From Kudoa neothunni (lineage: Eukaryota; Animalia; Cnidaria): a stretch of 64,000 bases of DNA. Under the pieces are notes generated by a model. It was not told the origin of the DNA, did not search any database, and saw only the letters and a list, made by a program, of their open reading frames with translations. The DNA lies in contig OZ199839.1 in NCBI GenBank assembly GCA_964304625.1, forward strand, positions 6,886,234 through 6,950,233, read 5' to 3'. The position numbers were made by a program, and so were the translations under genes. Of this stretch, positions 52,834 to 64,000 are shown in pieces (within the stretch, counting starts at the first letter, position 1; each line of letters opens with the position of its first letter).

Positions 52834-54230
52834 ATGTTAGTGCATTCGTTATTTTCTTTTTTCTTAGCAATTGTTACTGCTGGTGACTAATTTAATTCGT
52901 TATTCATATTTACCTATTTCATAAAGAGAGAGCTTTACCTTCTTATGATAGAGATCCAGGTCAGCCACCAGCTTGGTTGACGGATGAAGCTGCAAGAGCA
53001 AAGGCTGCTGTCGAGAGATGGTACATTGACAAAGCGGATGCCACTTGCAAACCTTTTACTTATCTTGGGTCCCTCGGAAATTTCAACAACTTTGTATCAA
53101 GATCTGCTTGCAACGAGCATCGTATATTGTGTTAACTTTATTTAAACGTTTAATTCTGAAATAGTAAAATTCAAACCTGAAGAACAAGCGGGTGCATGTG
53201 CGTTAGCAAAGGCAGTTGGGGAATGCGGTTTAACAGGCGATAAAATGTTAAAAAGGTGGTACTTCAACAAGAACTCTCTTGAAGGAAAAACGGCTTCTTG
53301 TCACAGCTTCGAATACAACGGATGTGGTGGAAACGCGAACAACTTTGAATCCGAGGAAGAATGCAAGAAAGCTTGCCAAAGTGATTCTCTCATTAATATA
53401 GATAATGTTTAAAATAAAATATTAAACAAACAACAAAATTTATGTATATTTATGCTAACAGATAACAAAAACGGCGGAATGGATCCACAAGCTGCTGCCA
53501 ACACTATGACAGCAACTCCAAATGAATTTGATTGCAAATTTGTGCCTGAAGTTAAAACTGACCAACCCAAAATGGGGATAGTTCCTCACAAAGATGGAAA
53601 TAGATGTGTTTATGCCGCCGTTGGATCGGCTGCCAGTAGGGGATTTTTTGACGAATTACCAACCTGTGTCAAGACTTGTATAAGTATATAACTCAAAATA
53701 ATAAATAATTTATTTATCTCAAATAGAAAAGACGGTTGCAGCCTGCAATGCTGAGGGTCCACATCAATTTGAAGTTACCGCCGATAATCCTATCACAGAA
53801 ACATCTGCTGTAACCACATACTACTATTTCAATAAAACCCAAGCATTATGCTTACCCTTCATGTCAAAAACACGAACTAATGACGACCCTGCAATTGACA
53901 ATGGTACATTGAATATATTTAGCTCTGTTGAGTTGTGTGCAAGTTTCTGTCCCGCGAGTATGGACGTAATTCCAAATGAAGTGTAATAATATTCATGTAG
54001 CTGGTCACATTGGTCAATTAACCGCCGTGGAAGCCTGTAAACTACCAAAAGTCGGAGAATCGATTAGCAGTGATAAATATAAAATCAAGAGACATTTTTA
54101 TAGCCATACTGCAAGTGGTACTAAATGCACAGGGTTTGACTTTAACGGAAAAGACATGAACCTCAATAATTTCAAAGATGAAGCAGAATGCCAAGCAATT
54201 TGTGAAACCCCATTGACAGGTTCATCTTAA
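52834..54230 (+). CDS. Secreted five-Kunitz-domain protein, paralogue 5 (380 aa, most divergent)
   Basis: Exons 52834-52882, 52927-53121, 53165-53380, 53462-53683, 53727-53957, 54001-54230. Signal peptide MLVHSLFSFFLAIVTA; frame intact. Confidence 0.9.
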
Positions 54231-54786
54231 TTGTCAAGATTATACTTTAGAGGATAAAAATTCTCTTTATTTTATTATTTTATCGAAAAAATGATATTTT
54301 AATTTTATATTATTAGTATATGAATGTATACTTCTTATATATTTATATCATCATTATAAATAACAAAATTATTAGGTAGAAAGTAATATTTTTTAATTTA
54401 TAACTGTAATGGATTATAATGTTATTTTACTACTTATTAGTCGTTAGTCCTATTAGTATTAAACTACGGCTTTCCCTAGGAGTGGGGGACACGTCACGAA
54501 GTTAGATCGTTGGTATTGTTACAACATTGTCTCAATATCGCTTTCGCCCTCTATTACAATAACTAATCCTTAAACGAACATTAACTATTTTAATAATTTT
54601 TCAACCCAATAAAGACAACATATATATTTCAGGTAGCAAAAGCTGGATTCAAAGCAACATGTACCTACACATTCGTTAGCAGCGCATATAACATGAAAAG
54701 TTGTGAATAAAATTAGAACCTAACTAAAAAAATTCAATAAACATAAAAAATGTTTTTAACCCTCTAACGATCCAAAAAAACATATA

Positions 54787-55663
54787 CAGTTGTGCAAGGA
54801 TACTACGCACTTTTTGGGGACAAAGAATCGAGTGCGTAAAAACCCTGCAATACTTAGTGTCCATGCTTTGGTGCAAGCACAAGTGGGGGGAAATTTGGTA
54901 GATGCGCGTTCATTTTTTCTGTTTTTTGTATTCTCTCGTTGCACTAATAATAAAGTTAATAGAGAGATGTGACAAATTTTGGTAATAATTTTTCTATTGT
55001 TCACAGAGTATTTCAAAATAAATAAGGTAGTTTAAGGTAGAATTATTTTTTTCAACTAGAAATTTGTTATTTCTCTTGTTTTAAGCGAAGTTTATTTTAT
55101 TTTTCAAAAGGAAAAATTTAACTTTGTAATGCGATTAAGCATTTCGATGTGATGTATTTTGAATAATTACTTTACATCCATTAGATTTTCCATTTAATTT
55201 GTTCATTTTTAGACTAACTCTCGAAGCAAACTCATGGAACAATCCTCGACCGACAGTTATAGGAGTATTGTCTTTCATGTCGTCCTTTACGCCATTGGCT
55301 AATTTATTTTCGTATTATATTGTACCCTCTGGATAGCTTTATATTTCTCGTTCTTGAAAGTTCGATCCATTCATTCTTATATCAAGTAGTTTGAACTTTA
55401 TTACAGAGTTTTGCGATAAAATCTTTAATCACTTGAAATAAAGTCTGCAAATATTTTTGATTTTATTGATACAATTGTATTCAATGTGGTGACTGGTCTA
55501 AGGTTGGAGCGCCTAACAATATTCGTTTTAGAGCCACTCTTAGTTCCTAGTTTTTCCGAGTATTTAACAATCTACACGTTTTCTTCAAGTACGCGTTTAT
55601 TTTTCTTACTGAGTACTAACCATGCCAATTTAATCAAACAATAGATTTCGGGTGCGCAATAAG
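54787..55663. mobile_element. Non-autonomous pogo-like element, copy 2 (right TIR missing)
   Basis: Near-identical to 44825-45690, with different flanks. Confidence 0.75.
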
Positions 55664-55861
55664 CATGCACTCCTATTTTTCCCAACGAACAAATTATTTT
55701 GGATAACCTTTGAATTTCCGCTAACTTCTAAAAATAAAGAAATGAAATCATCATCATTAGTTAATTTTGTTATCTAAAAACAATTTCAATGAAAAATTTA
55801 AGGAATAATAATTATGGAAAGGGTTGTGGGGTTTCAACACAAGCTTTCCTTCGTCAATATA

Positions 55862-57640
55862 CAGTAGGTGACGGGTCGTGGACATTACCGCTCCTGGACA
55901 CCTGTCATAGTTTGATGACCTACACTATACTGTTACTAATTTAATTACATTATATAAAAGCATGACAGTTATAGTAAATTATATGACCTTTAATTTTCGT
56001 TTTGATTAGTTTTAAATAAGAGTTCGCACAATTTTACAACTCATGGGCACTTGAAGAGAACCAAACAGTTTCGTTCCCTGGAAGATAAAGAGGATATAAT
56101 CCAATATTTTGAGAGAATATCAATTGAGAAAAACAGTAAAACAAAAACCCTCAATTATTTAAACTTAAAATCTCTGTCCTCATTGAATACGATTTTGAAT
56201 AATAAAGAATGTATAGTGAAGACTCATAACGAAGTAAAAACTACAAAAAGCCGAAAAACATTAAAAAAGGTCATTTCGATACGTCGGACCAACTAACAAA
56301 TAATTGAATTGAGGTCATGATGGTGAAAAATATGGAAATTTCCGCAGATGACATAATTGAAAAAGCTAATACTTTGATCCCTAATGATTCTAATGTTTCG
56401 AAGAAATTGACTTCTGGTTGGTCTCGAGGATTTAAAAATCGTTTTGGAATAAAAAGAACTAAATTCCACGGCAAAGTAAACAGCGTGGACATTAACGTAA
56501 CGGAGGATTGGAAACTTCATCTCAACGAAATATTAGAATCTTGGGAGCCTGATAACATATTCAACCTTTATGAAAGCGGATTATTTTATCAAAAAAGGGG
56601 ACGTATTGTTTTTACAGCTAAATTATTCTAATTCACTTGATAGGGGATGGCTATGTTTTACCATTCGAAGACGATATCAAAGGAACAAAAGTATCAAAAC
56701 AAGAATTACCATAGTTCTTACATGTTCAATGACAGGCGAAAAATTAACACCATTAATAATTGGGAATTATGCTAAGCCTAGATTTTTAAAAGGTATAAAG
56801 GAATATCCTACTTTATATAAAACAAATTCAAAAGCTTGGATGACTTCCCAATTATTTACTGATCACCTAATCAGTTAGAACAAAAAATTCATTAATTCAA
56901 CTAGAAAAATTATTCTACTTATCCACAATTTTCCAACACACCCCAACTTAACACTGTCAAATATTACATTATGTTTTTTCCCGTAAATTCCATCAATGTG
57001 TTGCAACCGCTGGACCAAGGTATCATTCACAGTTTCAAAGCTTAATACCGAAATTATCTGACGAATTCAATTATGGACTAAATAGAATCCAAATGTGAAA
57101 AAGTCAAATTGCCAGATATAATGGATGCGATGGTCACCGTTAAAAAATCTTGGGAATCGGTCACGACAGATACTATTAGTAACTGTTTCAATAAAGCTTT
57201 TTTTCATTCCAAAACAACTACTGAGGAAATATCAATAAACGAAATGTGTACTCTTTGTGGAGATAAAGACAATCTCGTGTGCTGAGAACCAAAAACCGAA
57301 GAAAATACATCTCCTCTTAATACTCCTATGGAAAAATCTGACGAAGAAAATGAAACTTTCAAAGTAAGAACTATTCCTACGAGTGAAGCATTGTTTTCTT
57401 CGAGTAAAATGTACACGTTTTTAAAAACACAATCCTCAAATGTTATGTACTGTCGTCGATCTATCAACTGAGATTTACGATGTAAGAAAATCAGAGTTAC
57501 GCCAGTCGAAAATCACTGACATTTTCCAACAAAAATCAAGTTAATAAATATGTTGAAAGTTTTAGTTGTATTTTATGTAGTACATCATTTAATTTTATGA
57601 GTTTTATGCATATCATTATATATTTAATTGTCACTGGTTA
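55862..57640 (+). mobile_element. Decayed pogo/Tigger (TIGD4/6-like) element
   Basis: TA|CAGTAGGTGACGGGTCG left end. Motifs GWSRGFKNRFGI, IFNLYESGLFY, KLTPLIIGNYAKPRF, KAWMTS and LQPLDQGII. Right boundary approximate. Confidence 0.8.
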
Positions 57641-57833
57641 CTAACTCTATTCCTCCTTCTTTTTGGCATGGAAGATAATTAATTTGTTGTGCAACATTTT
57701 TTACGATAAAACTATTCATAACGTAAGTTTTCTGCTTGTATTTATTTAAAATCATCCAACACTTAAGAAAATAAAAAAATAACTTTTATTTCCTTGATTA
57801 TATTGAAATTGATATTGTGAATTGTATTTATTA

Positions 57834-59766
57834 CTAGTGCAAAAGCCCGGCTTCGCGAAGGCTTCCTTGCACAGACTAAAGCCTTTTTGATTTTTAAGTA
57901 AATAGCGTTAATTCCCAGTTTTGACTGGTATTGTGTGATGGAAAATTTTAACTTTTAGTTTTATTTTTGAGTGGAGAAATTCTACATAAGATTTAATCCG
58001 AATAACATGTTAAACCTGTAAATTTTATTTTTCTATTTTAATTGATGCATATCAAAACTTGTCATTATTTTTACGATGTGATGACTTAGAAAAACAAAAT
58101 TATGCCCGGACTTTCCATTCAAATATAATAAAGATATTGAGAGAAATTAATGAGTATTTTTAAGTTTATTTTACAAATTATGAACAAAAATATAAAGACC
58201 TTAATTTCATGATCAATTTAATTTGCGATTAAATTTCATTTATTTATTAAACAAAATCATTAAGTAGCTTAAATAGGACTTTCAGTTCTTTTCAAAATTT
58301 TACGATAAAAATTAATCCTTCTATTTATAAAATTTATTATTAGTCTACAAACGATAAAAAAAATAAAATCGGCCTGAAATGCGTCAGAAATAAAAATATT
58401 AATTGTTAATCCCTTATTTTCAATTTTATAAGGAATGTTAATGAGGCTTTAATAATCTGTGATTGGTAACTTACGTATTCACTATTCTAAAATAATTTCT
58501 CGATTTTTAAATAAATGAAACCTTATTTTTTAACAGAAATACTTACTGGTTCAAAAATATACAAATTAAATTAACACAAGACGATTAAATCTAAATTGTA
58601 AAGGTGTTTTTGGTTTGAAAAATTCCAGAAATGAATAAATATTTAAATATCAACTGGTTTTCTCGGAGTGCACCCTTTTAAAAAATAAACGTAATGTTTG
58701 ATTGTTCTAAATAAATTTCTTTGGATTGATTTTTTCTTAGATAAACGAAAACTTTGTGAACATATCGGTCAGATCAAATAGATCAATAATTTCTTAACTT
58801 ACATGGCGCGTATTGAGGAGGCTGTGTTTTGTACAATAGTAATCGTGAATATAAAATATTTAATTACGTATAGAATGAGGTGTCGCATATTTTCATGCAA
58901 CTTTAATATCATAATGAATTATTTTTAGCGAAAAGAAAATTAAATATTGATTTGAATATTAATGTTAAGGTCTGGGGTAAGGAATAATTAGGTTACTACG
59001 AACTTAAACATTATTCAAAAAATAATCTCATCAAATATAGAAACACATTGAATTAGTTATGCCGACTGTTGTGCAAGTAAGTTTAGGAAAACCAAAAAAT
59101 GAGTAAAAACTTATCGAAAAGACGAATATAATTCCAATCTATATATTTGATAAAAATAAAATTTCATTTAAGAAGTTATCACAAAAATTTAATTATTCGA
59201 AAACTCCATACACTTCTTACATCATTTTTAGAATGCATATAGAGACCCAAATTATGTGTTTTATTTAAAATGATCATAAGTCATTTTGTTTAAAATGTAT
59301 CTATAATGTTTGAAAATTGAAAATACATTCTAAATAATTAGGTTATGCTTCAAATTTTAAGGGAAATGCAACAACTCTTATAAATGTGGTGATAATAGTT
59401 TTATTTGTTTTAAAATTATTCCAAACAAACATATATAACATTTTTAAAACATTATACACAATAATCGGCAGATTTTCTTTGTATATGATGAACAAAAGTT
59501 CATTTTAATTGGGTATCACTCTGAAGTAAACATACATCAATATTATGCAGGTACTTTTTAATATGCTATCCGAGTAAATAACCAAAAAATTCCCTGCTTC
59601 TGACTGCGGTATTGATTATATTTATACGTCTAAGTAAATGAACGATTTTTATTAATGGTACCATCTATTCAAATGCAAACTAAAAGCTGTATTTAAAAAA
59701 AGTTTCTCTATGGTATATGCGTTATGCGGCAAACACACACTGACAGACATGAGTTTTATATATATA
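57834..59766 (-). mobile_element. Non-autonomous Helitron-like element, copy C
   Basis: Reverse complement of copies A and B. On the minus strand it ends ...CGCGAAGCCGGGCTTTTGCACTAG|T, a typical Helitron 3' terminus. Confidence 0.75.
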
Positions 59767-59900
59767 CTAGCGGGAGGTGCCCAGCGTTGCTTGGAGAGAT
59801 TTCGTATAGAGAAGTTTCTTAATAGCATTAAAAAAAATATATTGAAGTTTTGAATTAACCCATAGAAACAAATTAACTAAAAAATTTTAAACGACATATC

Positions 59901-61118
59901 GGTTTTTGCATCCAAAACCGAACTTGTTGCAATCAAAACCAGATGCTTTGAAACTGAAACCAGATCAAAAACAAGCGACATTTATGATGCCACGAAAACT
60001 ACATCTCCCCAAAGATAAAAGAGCTCTTGCTTGTCATCTTGTTGTGAATAAAGGGAAGTGTCAGAATGACGTTTCGGAGAATCTAGGGATTCCTAAATCT
60101 ACACTGAATGATTTGTTAAAAAAATATAGAGTGACTGATTCATCCAAAAAGACTTTATGCGAAGAGATGAGAAATGTTGTCTTAACACGAGAACTTAAAG
60201 ATAACTTAAAAATTACTTGAAGACAACTGCACTCTAACAATTCAGACTTTAATTGAAAAATTAGATATCACAGTTCACCCGTCCACTGCGTGTCGGCGAC
60301 TCAAAAAATTAAACTACACGTATAAAGTTGTTAGACCAATCCCGGTTAATAGGAATATCTCAGCTGTAAAAGAGGAGAGAAAACTTTTACGCCGAGTGGT
60401 ATATCGGAATTCCTATCGACACGCGATACAAAAATATAATTTTTGTGGATGAGAGCCCCTTTTTCACTCCATATGATGAGGAATCGTGGCAGCGCTTTGT
60501 GAGGTGCAACTCCAAACATCGTAGTTTCGAATAATCGAGGTTCAAATGTGAAGATGATACTCGTGGTGGACGCAATCAATGTTATTAACTGTGAAACCGT
60601 CCTTGGCAGCGTTGAAGGATATATATTCAAAAATTTTTGTCAAGCCTTCCAGATATCATCGGAGATGACCAAAATTACATTATTGTCATGGGTAATGTTC
60701 GATTTCACCACTATAACTAGGATTTGTACGACGCCTTTCCCTATGAAATCCATTTCCTGCCGAAATATTCTCCCTTTATTAATCCCTGTGAAAAGGTTGT
60801 TGCTCAAATAAAGCCAAACGTTCGGAGAAATACTCCGATTCAGGGAAGGGAAGGTGTCCTGAATTGGATGAGAAATGCCTCTAACGTGGTAACTGAGAAT
60901 AATCTAAAAGGTTATTTTCAACATGCAGAAACATTCTTTAGACCATGTTTTCCCTTAATGGATATCAACCATAATTAGATTAAAACAATATACATATTTA
61001 GTTCTTATATATACATGTATATATATAAACTCATCTTTATTTTTCTAGCGTTACTGAATAAAGAGAAAAAATTTCTAATAGACACACGCTAAGATATTCC
61101 GGTTTTGGATGCAAAACC
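59901..61118 (+). mobile_element. Decayed IS630/Tc1/mariner-superfamily element
   Basis: Inverted repeats GGTTTTTGCATCCAAAACCG and CGGTTTTGGATGCAAAACC. HTH (VSENLGIPKSTL), IFVDESPF, VMGNVRFHH and FLPKYSPFINPCE. Confidence 0.85.
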
Positions 61119-61362
61119 AGAAGTAGATAATAATAATGATAATAACGTTATCGCGATGAATATTTGTAGTTGCATACTATACAACTACTTACTCCTTTCT
61201 GGTAGTGTTGCTATGTATTTATGTTTAAAACACTATTATATGACAAATTTAATGGTTTATAATAGATAACACACTCATATAATAATTTAATACTAAATTA
61301 TTTTAATATCTAAATAATTTAAATTCTAAAAATGTTATTTTTCCGATATTTGGGTCTGGAAA

Positions 61363-62753
61363 TTAGGCTGTGGGTGTCAATGGTGTTTCGCAAATAGCTT
61401 TGCAATCATCTTGATCTTTGAAGTTATTCAAATTCATATCTTTTCCATTAAAATGAAACGATATGCATTTTTCAGCAGAAGTAATGGTATGATCATATCG
61501 GTATCTAGAAAGCCGGTACTTATCGCTTGTTGTTGAAACCCCCGCTATTGGCAATTTACAAGCTTCAACCGCAGTTAACTGACCAACATGAGCAGCTAAA
61601 TTAATAGTATACATATTATTTTAAACTCAATTCATACTTGCAGGACAGTAACTTGCACACAACTCAACAGAGCTAAATATGTTCAATGCGCCATCGTCGA
61701 TTACAGGAGTACCACTAGTTGGTTCCTTTGACAAAAAGGGAAGACACAATGCCAGGGTTTTATTGAAGTAAAAATATTCTTTGACAGCACCTGAGAAGTT
61801 TTCTTGTTGTGGATCAATTTGATATGGGCCGTCAGCATTGCAGGCTGCAGCTGTTTTTTCTATTTGAGATCAATAAACTATTTGCCACTGTGAGTTATAT
61901 ACTTATACATGTCTTGGCACATGTTGGTAAATCGTCAAAAAATCCTCTACTAGCCTCTGTTCCAACAGCAGCATAAACGCATCGATTTCCATCCTTGTGA
62001 GGAACTATTCCCATTTTTGGATTGTGAGTTTTTACCTCAGGCACAAATTTGCAGTCGAATTCATTTGGAGTCGCTGTCAGTTTTTTAGGATCGGTTTCAT
62101 CTGTTATCTCTCCATTTTTGGTATCTATCAACGTAATTACAAAATAATTTTTATCATTCTGATTGATCTTGAACCTCACATTAAATAATGAGAGAATTAC
62201 TTTGACAAGCTTGTTCACACTCCTTTTTTGATTCAAAGTTGTTTGCGTTACCACCACAACCATTATATTTGAAGCTGTGGCAAGAGTTTTTCTTGCCGTT
62301 AACTTCAGTTTTGGTGAAGTACCATCTTGTCAGCATTTTGTTGTCAGTTAAGCCACAACCTCCTACATTATGTGTCAACCCACATGCATCAGCTTGTTCT
62401 TCTGGTTTAAATTTGACTATTTCAATATTAAACACTTAAATAAATTAAATGCAATGTACGATGTTCGTTGCAAGCAGCTCTTGAAACAAAGTTATTAAAA
62501 TTTCCAAGAGATCCAAGATAGGTAAAAGGTTTGCATGTGGCGTCAGCTTTGTCGATATACCATCTCTCGACAGCAGCCTTTGCTATTAAGCCAGCATCAC
62601 TCAACCAAGCTGGTGCTTGACCAACATCTTTCTCATAAGAAGGCAAAGCTCTCTCTTGATAAGATGAATAATTATATGTATACATAATTAATTGAGTGAG
62701 TTACCAGCTGTAACAATTACTAGGAAAAGTGAAAATAATGAAAATATCAACAT
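61363..62753 (-). CDS. Secreted five-Kunitz-domain protein, paralogue 6 (378 aa, inverted)
   Basis: Minus-strand exons 62753-62705, 62654-62460, 62416-62201, 62124-61903, 61859-61638, 61595-61363. Signal peptide MLIFSLFSLFLVIVTA; frame intact. Confidence 0.9.
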
Positions 62754-64000
62754 CAAACTTAATAATGTAAAACAGTCGTTAATAATAGATATTAAATACG
62801 TATTCGATTTCTCAAATCATGAATAATACTTTCATGAATCTTAACTTATTAATCAGATTAATTATTAACTTTATATGAATGGCTATTAAGAACGTTAATA
62901 ATTAATTCAAGCGAAATAGAGAACTTGTTTTGATTGTTTACGATCGTTAGATATGAATTTTAAGAGGTACTAGCGCGAAAGCCCGACTTTGCTCAAGAAT
63001 TATTATAAAGTTTTTAATTAAAATATTTCTTGTTCTACTCATGGCACATTAAGTATAATAATATAATGAAAATTTATGATTAATATTCGTTGTCGTGTAT
63101 TTTTTGATCCTAATATCCTGAAAATCAAAACTTGATCCCTATTATGATATGAGTGGATGTGCTTTAACCTTCAAAGTACCGTAAATAATCGTTTATAAGC
63201 CGCATCTGTGAACCTAAAATTTTGTTCAAAAGTTTGGGGTGCGGTTTATACACGAGGATTTGGGGTAACACATAATTAGGCACCTTCCGAGTAAGAATGG
63301 GGTGAAAAAAGACCCCAAAGGTTTTTTGCATATTTCACATCCTTAGGTTATTTAATAATCAATAGTGGCATAAATTGTAAAATTTTTAGATTTTCCATAT
63401 TATTTTCAAGTTTTAAATTTATCCGCGCATGTGCGTATGTACATATTGTCTATATAAAGCGCGATTGTCGAAAATTAAAATTACTGTATCTATGATTCTA
63501 CTAATATCCTCAGAAAATGTACAAAATCCATTAACCTAAAATTGGTTTATTCCAATAGAATAAATTGTTCTATTTTTATAATGTAAAATTGGCAATCTAA
63601 GCATAATACAATAAACTACTCATGCGATCATTTCATTAAATAATTTCTATCTTTATGTCATTATTTAGGAGAAAATAAGTTAAATTTAAAAATTATTTGA
63701 TATACAGTGACTGGCCGATATTACGTACTTTTGTGCACATGCGCATATTTATTTTCTTCATTTATATTTTTTATTTTTTTCTATCCTTATACATAAATTC
63801 TGTGCATTTCAATGCATTATCGTAACGATCTGATGAAGACCTAATTTAAAAATTCCAAATATTACCGAGTGTGAGCGGAAATCATTTGAATATTCGCGAC
63901 GAGATTGAAATAATTTAATGCGTAATTTCACTTAATTTAATTGGCCTCACTCTTTAAATATACCTTCGAAAATACTCATTTAAACCATATTTATTATCTC

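Noticed and set aside
63178-63730. Isolated transposon-like ends (63178 pogo-like, 63283 piggyBac-like resembling the 12307 end, 63706 TA|CAGTG); similar orphan ends at 6153, 19455 and 47899
   Set aside because: No partner terminus or coding remnant could be identified within the window, so no element boundaries can be supported.
63829-63880. CTGATGA hammerhead-ribozyme core
   Set aside because: No stem II followed by GAAA and no closing helices could be found.
1-64000. Prokaryotic systems (CRISPR array, operons, defence islands)
   Set aside because: No regularly spaced direct repeats. Spliceosomal introns and eukaryotic transposon families show that this is eukaryotic DNA.

Overview
AT-rich eukaryotic (metazoan-type) genomic DNA with very short GT-AG introns (mostly about 36-52 bp), so the ORF track breaks real genes into single exons. 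Hand splicing gives two host gene types. (1) Six intact paralogues (five on +, one on -) of a 6-exon secreted protein of 377-380 aa: a signal peptide plus five tandem Kunitz/BPTI-like domains, one per phase-1 exon. Only domain 2 keeps all six Cys. The paralogues have hypervariable loops and patchwork (conversion-like) identity. (2) One roughly 23-exon type-I membrane protein of about 1,970 aa (21835-28708), made of a three-fold super-repeat of Cys-containing FN3-like domains, a TM helix and a 12-residue tail. The two gene types share an 18-bp motif about 190 bp upstream of the ATG. The space between genes is filled with decayed or non-autonomous transposons: three copies of a 1.9-kb Helitron-like element, piggyBac elements and MITEs, pogo/Tigger, hAT, Merlin, an IS630/Tc1-type element and a tRNA-derived SINE. 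Several transposases contain host-sized introns. The species cannot be determined from the sequence. All gene models are manual and have no expression data behind them.
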